A stretch of DNA of 64,000 nt. It comes from Lytechinus pictus (Eukaryota). The notes under the pieces were generated by a model, which searched no databases, was not told where the DNA came from, and was given only the letters and a program-made list of their open reading frames with translations. The position numbers were made by a program, and so were the translations under genes. Below, one piece after another: positions 12,801 through 24,800 of this stretch; position 1 is the first letter of the stretch, and each line of letters begins with the position of its first letter. The DNA is taken from contig NC_087245.1 in NCBI RefSeq assembly GCF_037042905.1, positions 372,001 to 436,000 of the forward strand. Direction: 5' to 3'.

Positions 12801-15800
12801 TTTCCTTAGAATTGGCATATTTCATACCTATTTTTATAAATACTTTTTTAGTATCATGGTTATGCTTTGGCCAAATTACATTGATTCTTTGTCCTTACCA
12901 TTGTTACATTATCACAGTTGGTTTTGAGAAAAAGTGTGAAAGAAAAAAGGTTATCTATTACCCACTCCTTAAGTCATTACAAGTTGGTGTGTTTGGAAAA
13001 ATACCAAAATTAGGGAAATACAAGACAGAAATGACAAGTCTTTTGTTTTAAAAAATGGAGAAAAAATACCTGTGAATTCATTGTCAGGTGCTTTTTTTCT
13101 TCACACTTTTATAAACTAGGACAATTTTTTTTCACGCATGAATCATTAAAATAAGGATTCTATGAATAGATTTTGTATTACATGACTTATGGAACAGCTA
13201 AGCACATGTGATGTCACAAGATCAAAACTTTGATAATTCATAACTCTGTTATTAATTGTTTGATTTTCATTAAATCTTCATTAAAATGTTTTCCTTCTAA
13301 TTATGCCTTTAATAAAACCAATATGATGATATATTTAATATGTTCAATGGTCGTGAGTGACTTTGAAATTGACTTTAAAAAGTTTGCAGAAAATGTTTGA
13401 GATATGTTGTTCTAAATATGATGTGTGTTATATTTAATTAAAGACTAGCAAATGTTAGAAGTATTGTAAATTATCAATATCCTGATTTTATTCTCATAAG
13501 AGAATTATCAAGGGAACAAAATAATATTTGATGTTGAAGCAGACTGCTTCAATTTACATCCTTATTTTCTCACATTTCAGAACTGCAATAAGCATCTCAA
13601 CTTTCTTTGTGTGTTTCATCATTCTATCCATCATTACCTATGTTTCTCTTGCACCGAGCTTCAAGAAGAAATACCCATCTGTTCTCATCAATTTGGCAAC
13701 GTTTGTAGAGCGCACACCATGGGCAAGGATTACATGTGCTACCTTTATCATCAGCCTAGTTTCTGCTACTGATATTACAGATGTTGTAAGTTGATTTGGT
13801 TCAAGTCAAATGTTTGTTGTTTATAATGAATTCAGATGTGAAAAGATTAAATAATTTTATTGTATTCAATGTTAAAACCTGAAAGGTTGGTGCCCGATTT
13901 ATTCATCTTTATAAGTATTAAAGAAATGAAAATTATAGAAAGAACATAAGTTTGAGTCTGTATTCTTATTTCAATAATAATTTTTAAGGTTATTTCATTC
14001 TTTTTTTTAAAACATGCAAATGAACCATTACCCAACCACACTTCTTATTTCAAATGGCTAATTACTGTTAACATGTTGAATTCACACTATCTGAATATTG
14101 CTTTTACATTACATTCCATAATTATTTTTTTTCCTATTTCTGCAGTTGACATGCGTTGATGAGTCAACTGAAAACATCACTAATCTGAACCCTACAGATC
14201 GACGTTGTCTCAATCCACACTACTTCAATTACATGCTTCTACTTGTCATGGTAGGTATTTCTTTACAGGAAGCCTCTTGCAGGAGATTTGCCTATAATGG
14301 AGTTCCTTATAAAAGCACATTTAGGCTGGGTTCACATAGAAGTATACTATTCGGGTATACGGTGCACGTTTTCGAGGGCACGCGAATAGCTTGAATCGAA
14401 CAATAGGATTTCCTAATACCGGGTCACATGAGAGGGCACTATACGAAAATGCCGTATAGCTGCGTATAGTATAGTATAGTGGGAATCGTACTTGTTCGAT
14501 TTTCGTGCGGCGTATACAGACGTGGCAGGTGGTGTTCTGAATTTCCCTATAATATTTACTGTGTGCGTTGGTTAAATGAGGCAAGTTCAAATTAAATGAT
14601 TTCTTGGTACTCTTTTTATTGGAATTTCTTAGCACATGCCGTCATATTTAAGTTATCCAGCACTTCAGAGTTTATCTCATGCACATGCTGTATGATTTAT
14701 GTGGGCTCTGCATTTTTCGTTCTGTCTTTTTTGACCTTGAAATGACTGAAGATACAAGGTCAAAAAGGTCCGCAGCGAAGGCTACTTGACCTATGTTGTT
14801 GTGTATCGCTGAGTCATGTTTAATTAATTACTTAATTATTCTTATAATAAGTTGATAATAATGTGGAAATAGATTTCATTCAAGAAAATATTGTTTATAA
14901 AATGATTTATTTATTATTTCACTTTTGCTATGATTTCACAAAGCTGGGATGGGGGAGTAGAATCAAGCTCCCCCCCTAAAAATGACGTCATCAAAGCAAA
15001 AATAGGAATTATTGATAAAATCAATCAGGCTGATACAGGTTTGAAATCTTAAAATATATATTTGGAAACATAGCTACAGTATTTCCAATAACATTCCTCA
15101 ACCCCCCCCCCCTCCCCCAAAATAAAATTTTAGTTTTTAGTGTGTAAAATCATATGGCTCAAATAAGCCCATCTCGACGGACTGGCTGAACTAACCCCAT
15201 TAAAAAAAATCATTAAAAGTTGTATTAAATAGAAGTTTAATAATTTGCAGAGGTGACTTCTCTGCTTGAAGTTAGTCCAAAACAAGCTTTTTTTCTAATC
15301 TTAGTAAGTTATGTAGAAAAAATATGATTTCTTTTCTTTTTTTTCAGAAATTAACTTCATATGTACCTCCTCAGCCTCGGCCAGTAGGAGAAGAGCCAAA
15401 TCTTCTTCGTCTGAAGTATCCATTTTGAATATTAAAGTAGGACACGCGTGCTACCTTTATGTGACCCGCCATGCCCGTATAGCATATAGCGAATAACGAA
15501 TAGCGAATAGAGAATACCGTATACTTCTATGTGAACCCAGCCTTAGAGAAGCAAGGCAATTAAGGTCTGCATCGATATCAGAGTATTTTTTGGAATGTTT
15601 GAGGATGAACATATATAACATCCATGGTGTAGATGTTCCATTAGGAATATGATGTATGTATCATTGGAATAGGTTCTCAGAGGGGTTTTAATCATGTTAT
15701 GGAATGAAGTACTTGCAATTAATTGATGATAAATATGAACTCTTTGGATTCAACTTGATGATAATTCTATGGTACACAATGATGCAGTTTCAGGGAAACT

Positions 15801-18800
15801 TAACTGTTTGTTTAAATTTGTATCTCTTTATGTGTCTGTTTTTGTAGGCTGTAATAACTACCATGTTCCAGATCACTCATATTGTCAAGTTTCTTCTAAC
15901 CATCATCATCACAACATTCTATTGCATCCTAATGAACGTCATCAAACCAGATCTCTATAATCGTATTGATGCTTTCCTGATGAATACTGTGTTAGACAGG
16001 TATACAAAGAGTCATGGAATAATGGTGTATTCAGTTTATTAGATGATGGATGATGATTATGAAGGTGATGAAATGAAGAGTGATTATGTAAATGGTGATA
16101 ATTTTGATGTGTTTGTGCATTTAATAATGGTGATCAGTGCTCTAGAGGTATGATGGTGATTACATTGAATGTACAGCAATGGTAATGATATATTTAAATC
16201 AGGTTTGATGACTTTAATCACTGAATCATGATGATATTGATAGCATTGGTAAGTGAGATGAGTATGTTGATGATAACGATAATGGTAGTGATGATGATGA
16301 TGACATAGATGGCAGTGAAGATGATGAAAGGATGGCGGTAGTGATGATGAAGACGATAATGATGGTAATGATGATCATGATGGTGATAATGATGATGGTA
16401 ATGATGATGATGATGATGACAAGGTTGATGGTAGTGATAATGATGATTGGGATGATGATGAAGAAGATGATGAAGATGGTTATGGTATTGATGATGATTG
16501 TGATGGTAGTGATGATGAAGACGATAATGATGGTAATGATGATCATGATGGTGATAATGATGATGATGATGATGACAAGGTTGATGGTAGTGATAATGAT
16601 GATTGGGATGATGATGATGATGGTTATGGTATTGATGATGATTGTGATGGTAGTGATGATGATGATAATGATGGTAGTGATGATGATGATGGTGATGAAT
16701 AGAAAGGTATGAAGTAATTAAATCATGCTTGTTTTCAAAGCATCAATGAATATGACAAAGGCAGCATTTGTAAATAATCATGTTTGTGAGTGATCCTTAT
16801 ATCATCATGCTTGAAGTGATACAAACTCTTTATTCTATTATTGACATTGTCACAAGTTTCTCTGTTTTAATGTCTCCAGCAACCACAATGAAGTACCAAG
16901 TCGGATAGCAAACACTGTCCAGCTCGTAGTAGTTGCAGCTGCTTTGATATATTTCAATTCTCATGTAAGTTATGAATGTTTGGAACAATCAATTCCTTGT
17001 TATTTCCCACTGAGGATTGAAGATATATAGAAAGATATTATAATGTGATCAAAATTCAATTTAATTCTTCAGCCTTTATTATGTTCTGGTACCCATTATT
17101 ACTGAACTTCTGAAAACCATAATTTGTTTTGGAAAAGAGTTAGCGCCATTTACAGTGTTCTTGTAGATTTTATTTTTCATTTTGAATTGAAAGAACCCAA
17201 ACTATTTCCATTATTTAATTCAATTGAGGATTTAGATAATAGAACTCCATATTTGACTGAAAATATTGGAAAAGGGTAAACAATTAATGATTATTTTTAT
17301 TTAACTTTTCTAACCATCAATGGTCACAATGAAATAGTAACCAATCAGATTACCTCTATGATGTTATGAATAATAGACTATTGATGACAATATAGTTAGA
17401 CACACTCTTTCATAATGATATTTGATTTTTAACAACAAACTTGTTTCTTTGAAATCTGTTTGTTGCCTCACTGCCCCAAGAAAGATGAGAGCCACTTTTT
17501 TTAAGATCCTCTTTTTGCATTTTATTTTCACAAGTGGCCATATTGTGCAATGATTTGTTTGTTTACTTTTCATATGTGCAGCTTGAGGTGACATCAAGAC
17601 TTCTTTTTTACTGGAAGACTGAAGCAAAAGAACAGAAAGAGGAGGTGGGAAGGATGCGAGTTAAGAATGAAAACCTGGTCCTTAACATCATGCCTGAACA
17701 TGTGGCAAAACATTTCTTAGGCAGTAAGAAAAGTGATGAGGTAAGGAAACATAATATGATACCTTGTTTTTGTATTGTCAATATATTTTACCAAACAAAT
17801 TTGTTTTCCAGATTTAGTCATGCTAGAATGACAGCACAAGAGGTTAAAAACATACATACTGAAGAGGAGGTTTATAATTTAGAATGTTGATAGCAGTAAC
17901 AATGAGGAATGTTGGGTTGGCTAAATGAAAATAAATTAAGATAAGAATATGAAAGAGATGTATGGACATTCAAAGTCAAGAAACTGGTCAATGACAAAGA
18001 GGAACATATTCTTTCATGAGCTTGGATGACTTTCTTAAAAGTGTGGTGAACTAGAAGAGGAATGCTGACATGATGAGTCATGGCCCTTGGAAACAGGGGT
18101 GCTGTGTGTATTATTCTCCGTAGGCAGCACCACCTGGAATACTGGTAGGTCTTAAGAAATTAAGAAATGTAAGCAAAATGACCTATATTTTGAAGTGAAA
18201 ACCCTTTTTTGTCAAATTTTTATCAGCATCCCCAGGCAAAAAAAAATAAATCCCAGGGCCTTGTGAGAAGTCTGTAAACATCAGGTTCTCTATTAACTCC
18301 TCTCCTTTCAAATTTCTCTCCATCTCTTCATCATCTTTTTCCTTTTTTTCTTTGGTTTGGTTTTTAAGATGAGGGGGTTCATCAAATATGGTAACAGGAA
18401 CTTAAATTTATGTCACCAATTTATAAATCAAATAATACCCATCATAATACATTTGTAAATATATTTATACAAGGAACATATTCTGAGAGTTCAAAGACCC
18501 TCAGCTACTGCCTCTGAAATGTTAGAACAATGGAGATGTACAGTTAGTAGGTTTATGTTAAGACTATGTACCTTATGAGGTAATCCATTAAAGCCCTTGT
18601 TGGTTTTGCTAGTTTTTCCATTCTTACGATGGCAGCAGTTGGATATAGATCATGGTTATTTTCTTGAATCTATGGGTTATATCTGGACAGGATGTTCTGT
18701 GGAATGGTAGTAAGGAGTAGTTATTAGGTTGATAGCTAGAGATCATGGGTAATAAGGAGAAGTTGGTGAGTTGATAGCTAAAGATCATGAGGAGGAGTAG

Positions 18801-21800
18801 TTATTAAGTTGATAGCTAAAGACCATGGGTAGTAAGGAGCAGTTAGTGAGTTGATAGCCAAAGACCATGGGTTGTAAGGAGTAGTTAGTGAGTTGATAGC
18901 TAAAGACCATGGTTAGTAAGGAGTAGTTAATGAGTTGATAGCTAAAGACCATGGGTAGTAAAGAGTAGTTAGTGAGTTGATAGCTAAAGATCATGGGTAG
19001 TAAAGAGTAGTTAATGAGTTGATAGCTAAAGACCATGGGTAATAAGGAGTAGTTAGTGAGTTGATAGCTAAAGACCATGGGTAGTAAAGAGTAGTTAGTC
19101 AGTTGATAGCTAAAGACCATGAGTAGTAAAGAGTAGTTAGTGAGTTGATAGCTAAAGACCATGGGTAGTAAGGAGTAGTTATTAAGTTGATAGCCAAAGA
19201 CCATGGTTAGTAAGGAGTAGTTAATGAGTTGATAGCTAAAGACAATTGGTAGTAAAGAGTAGTTATTGAGTTGATAGCTAAAGATCATGGGTAGTAAAGA
19301 GTAGTTAATGAGTTGATAGCTAAAGACCATGGGTAATAAGGAGTAGTTAGTGAGTTGATAGCTAAAGACCATGGGTTGTAAGGAGTAGTTAGTGAGTTGA
19401 TAGCTAAAGACCATGGGTAGAAAGGAGTAGTTAGTTAGTTGATAGCTAAAGACCATGGGTAATAAGGAGTAGTTAGTGAGTTGATAGCTAAAGATCATGG
19501 GTAGTAAAGAGTAGTTAATGAGTTGATAGCTAAAGACCATGGGTAGTAAAGAGTAGTTAGTGAGTTGATAGCTAAAGATCATGGGTAGTAAAGAGTAGTT
19601 AATGAGTTGATAGCTAAAGACCATGGGTAATAAGGAGTAGTTAGTCAGTTGATAGCTAAAGACCATGGGTAGTAAAGAGTAGTTAGTCAGTTGATAGCTA
19701 AAGACCATGAGTAGTAAAGAGTAGTTAGTGAGTTGATAGCTAAAGACCATGGGTAGTAAGGAGTAGTTATTAAGTTGATAGCCAAAGACCATGGTTAGTA
19801 AGGAGTAGTTAATGAGTTGATAGCTAAAGACAATTGGTAGTAAAGAGTAGTTATTGAGTTGATAGCTAAAGATCATGGGTAGTAAAGAGTAGTTAGTGAG
19901 TTGATAGCTAAAGACCATGGGTAATAAGGAGTAGTTAGTGAGTTGATAGCTAAAGACCATGGGTTGTAAGGAGTAGTTAGTGAGTTGATAGCTAAAGACC
20001 ATGGGTAGAAAGGAGTAGTTAGTTAGTTGATAGCTAAAGACCATGGGTAATAAGGAGTAGTTAGTGAGTTGATAGCTAAAGATCATGGGTAGTAAAGAGT
20101 AGTTAATGAGTTGATAGCTAAAGACCATGGGTAGTAAAGAGTAGTTAGTGAGTTGATAGCTAAAGATCATGGGTAGTAAAGAGTAGTTAATGAGTTGATA
20201 GCTAAAGACCATGGGTAATAAGGAGTAGTTAGTCAGTTGATAGCTAAAGACCATGGGTAGTAAAGAGTAGTTAGTCAGTTGATAGCTAAAGACCATGAGT
20301 AGTAAAGAGTAGTTAGTGAGTTGATAGCTAAAGACCATGGGTAGTAAGGAGTAGTTATTAAGTTGATAGCCAAAGACCATGGTTAGTAAGGAGTAGTTAA
20401 TGAGTTGATAGCTAAAGACAATTGGTAGTAAAGAGTAGTTATTGAGTTGATAGCTAAAGATCATGGGTAGTAAAGAGTAGTTAATGAGTTGATAGCTAAA
20501 GACCATGGGTAATAAGGAGTAGTTAGTGAGTTGATAGCTAAAGACCATGGGTTGTAAGGAGTAGTTAGTGAGTTGATAGCTAAAGACCATGGGTAGAAAG
20601 GAGTAGTTAGTGAGTTGATAGCTAAAGACCATGGGTAATAAGGAGTAGTTAGTGAGTTGATAGCTAAAGATCATGGGTAGTAAAGAGTAGTTAATGAGTT
20701 GATAGCTAAAGACCATGGGTAATAAGGAGTAGTTAGTGAGTTGATAGCTAAAGACCATGGGTTGTAAAGAGTACTAGTAGTTAATGAGTTGATGGCTAAA
20801 GACCATGGGTAATAAGGAGTATTTAGTGAGTTGATAGCTAAAGACCATGGGTTGTAAGGAGTAGTTAGTGAGTTGATAGCTAAAGACCATGGGTAGTAAA
20901 GAGTAGTTAGTGAGTTGATAGCTAAAGATCATGGGTAGTAAAGAGTAGTTAATGAGTTGATAGCTAAAGACCATGGGTTGTAAGGAGTAGTTAATGAGTT
21001 GATAGCTAAAGACCATGGGTTGTAAGGAGTAGTTAGTGAGTTGATAGCTAAAGACCATGGGTTGTAAGGAGTAGTTAATGAGTTGATAGCTAAAGACCAT
21101 GGGTAGTAAGGAGAAGTTAGTGAGTTGATTGCTAAAGACCATGGGTAGAAAGGAGTAGTTAGTGAGTTGATAGCTAAAGACCATGGGTAATAAGGAGTAG
21201 TTAGTGAGTTGATAGCTAAAGATCATGGGTAGTAAAGAGTAGTTAATGAGTTGATAGCTAAAGACCATGGGTAGTAAAGAGTAGTTAGTGAGTTGGTAGC
21301 TAAAGATCATGGGTAGTAAAGAGTAGTTAATGAGTTGATAGCTAAAGACCATGGGTAATAAGGAGTAGTTAGTCAGTTGATAGCTAAAGACCATGGGTAG
21401 TAAAGAGTAGTTAGTCAGTTGATAGCTAAAGACCATGAGTAGTAAAGAGTAGTTAGTGAGTTGATAGCTAAAGACCATTGGTAGTAAGGAGTAGTTATTA
21501 AGTTGATAGCCAAAGACCATGGTTAGTAAGGAGTAGTTAATGAGTTGATAGCTAAAGACAATTGGTAGTAAAGAGTAGTTATTGAGTTGATAGCTAAAGA
21601 TCATGGGTAGTAAAGAGTAGTTAATGAGTTGATAGCTAAAGACCATGGGTAATAAGGAGTAGTTAGTGAGTTGATAGCTAAAGACCATGGGTTGTAAGGA
21701 GTAGTTAGTGAGTTGATAGCTTAAGACCATGGTTAATAAGGAGTAGTTAGTGAGTTGATGGTGAAAGACCATGGTATGCAACATCAAACCCGAGTTTCTT

Positions 21801-24800
21801 TATAACTTTCCATAGCAATGATGGGATGTAATCCAGAGTCATCTAATTAAATGATGAATGATAAAAGGAAAATTATTGTGATCTGTATTGGCTGTGTTAG
21901 AAGAGATGATAAGTTCCTTGAATGCTCATGTGCTCAAAGAAAAATGAAGGTCAATTCAAGTAAACTATTTTCTTATTGTTTCTTCTCTGTTTTCAGGAGC
22001 TGTATGCTCAGAGCTATACTGAGTCTGGTGTTATGTTTGCATCCATGCCAAACTTTTCTGACTTCTACTCTGAAGATGCAATCAACAACCAAGGCACTGA
22101 ATGTCTGCGATTCCTCAATGAAATCATTAGTGATTTTGATGATGTAAGAAATTTGATATTATTTAGCTATTCTTATTACTTATCACTTAAAAATAATACC
22201 TGTTCCTGGCATTATATGGCACTGATCCAAAAGTATTACATTCTTTCTATTGAGAATCTGAAAATGCATATTATTAGAATGCCAATTGTTATTGTAAACT
22301 GTCTATAATGTTAATGAAATAAAGGCCTTCCAAGAAAGTGTTATAACTCCATGCACCTCCAAACACATACATGTACCTGTTATAAATGCAGTATACAATG
22401 TTACATTTTTATGTACTTTTTATATTCCATCAGCTTCTTAATGAGCCACGTTTTAAGTCAATTCTTAAGATCAAGACAATCAACAGTACTTACATGGCTG
22501 CATCAGGAATGTTTCCTAACCCAGAGGAGATTCATTACCGAGATGATATGGAGAGATGGCAACATCTTGCTGATTTAGTAGATCTGGCCTTCTCAATGAG
22601 GAATACATTGGACACCATTAATGCACAGAGTTTCAATAATTTCATGCTCAAAATAGGTGAGAAAATAATCCCTTGACAATGTATGTCCAATTCTCCTAAA
22701 CTTTGTACAAGAGCTATGAAGTTGATCCAGTATATAGGAAATGGGTCAATCGATCATTGAAAAAGTGAATCTTTCTTATCAGTCATGAACCTTCTTGTTG
22801 TAAGAACTTAATATTTTCTCTAAAGATATGGCGATTTTAAAAGCATGCGTAACACAGAATGGTTACTCAAGGCTTTTGATTGATCTAAATAAACATAGAA
22901 TATTTTTAAAATGCAAATAAAAATATCAATAATGATTACTTCGTATAAAGTACTTTTTCAAAAGTAACAAAGTGCTACAAAGCAAAGCACACAAGACTTC
23001 ATCAAAATGGGATGACAAATTATTTAAGTTCATTATTTTTAGTTAAACAGGCATGTCATCATAATGCTGTGAGCGAGTTGTTTTCTCCCCAGCTTTTCTA
23101 TTTTTGTTTATTTAAACTTACAAATTTCCTTCACCGAGATGATAACAATATAGATTGACTACTGATTTGATAATAATAATAATTATAATAATATAGGTAT
23201 ATTTATCAAGGGAAGCCACTTCAGTTCTGAAAACTGTTCTTTGAGCGGGCCTTGCTATTATTATTGTGTAAGATCATCATTGAAGCTGCAACTTATTTTG
23301 TTGAATGTATGCCTCAAAAATACAATTTAATTATTTAATATTATAAAACAAGAAAGAAGAAAGATTTGTGTGCAAAATTCTGGTTGCTACTATGGTAACA
23401 GCGATATATCCGATTTAGGACGACTTTCCAAAGCCACATTTGGTTCCTCCCAGAGCTCGAGAGGCTGCCCGGGGGGCCCACTTCCATTGAAGAGTGGGTA
23501 CCAGGCGCGACCATGCGTAAAAAGAGAAAGAGTGGGCAAGTATGTTAGTATAGGCCTATGTAAGGGTGTCAAAAACTATGTTTAAAATACTGAAAAGGAG
23601 GATATGTTTTCAATACTTGAAGGGTTTCACAAGCTAAATATTTGTTAAGAGATGCATTTTCATTATCTGGAAAAGCCTTGCTTCCCTTGCTTAGTGTGCT
23701 TTTCGAAACCGCATGGTCGTGCCTGGTATCCACTCATCAATGGAAGTGGTCCCCCCGGGAATTCAAATCTAATCCCCCATTTCTGGGGAAAGTAAAACAT
23801 AATGCCCATTACATTGTGTGCTAGAGGCATATCGTTTGTGTAGGAGTAAACAAAAGAAAAAACCCGCAAATTTGGCTGGTACGTGTTCAGACGTATACAT
23901 GCTGTGTACATAATCAACGCATGCGAAATGGTTTCAGCTGGTGAGGTGATTTGACCCATGGAATCAATTGCCAGAGATCCACCAATAATCCACATTAAAT
24001 GCAATATCGATTCGATGGACTGTAATGATCTATATCAAAGCCTTAATTCAGTAACTTTTTCCTCACTCAATATGTACTCGATTTGTTTGAAAAACCACTT
24101 TCTTATCCATGTCATAATATCATAATGTAGGTCCTGCATTTCGAATATCTCCGGCCATCAGTCATAATGTACATGCATGTATGGTGCGGGTGTCGCGGGA
24201 AAGAATTTTGCACACGAAAAGCAGATCTGTAGGGCCTGTAACCCCCCTGTAACACAAAGCTTAGCATTGATTGTAGAGCAGTTTTCTACAATTGATTCTA
24301 TTGACTATAATGTACAATCAATCTTAAAAATCAAGTGTATGATTAAGCATTAACTTTTGTTTTAGGGGACCCTAATATTAGCGTCCGTGAGGATTGCGAA
24401 AGGTGGCTAATATGAATTCAACCAAATTCATTAACTTCAGGTTTTCATAGTTTTCAATAATCCAGTCCTATACTTTTTTCAGTCCTCATTATTCTTATAC
24501 CAAAACTAACACCCTGCATTATGATTTTATGTTTCAAAGTAACTTCTGGTTCTTCAATATATACTAATTTCCCTCAATTCTTCTTCCAGGCTGATTACGC
24601 TATACACTCCAGGCTTATAGTAGCTAGCTACCATAGCTTGTAATTGTTTTTTCATATGATAAAGCTGCTTGATGGATTTCTCATTGTGCCAACTTTTGAA
24701 GATTAGGCAAAATCATCATGGTACTTAGCATCATTATTCTTGTATAGAAAGAAGCCAAGCAATTAAGTTCCAAATACTCCCCCCCCCCCCATAGATTTGT

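Noticed and set aside
16226..16712. Poly-Met and poly-Ile ORFs (also 10254-10478)
   Set aside because: Translations of (GAT/AAT)n microsatellites.
18785..21787. 657-aa and 337-aa minus-strand ORFs ([14 protein letters not shown])n
   Set aside because: They are translations of the 42-bp minisatellite, antisense within a cyclase intron. They have no unique sequence, and variants are mostly amino-acid-changing.
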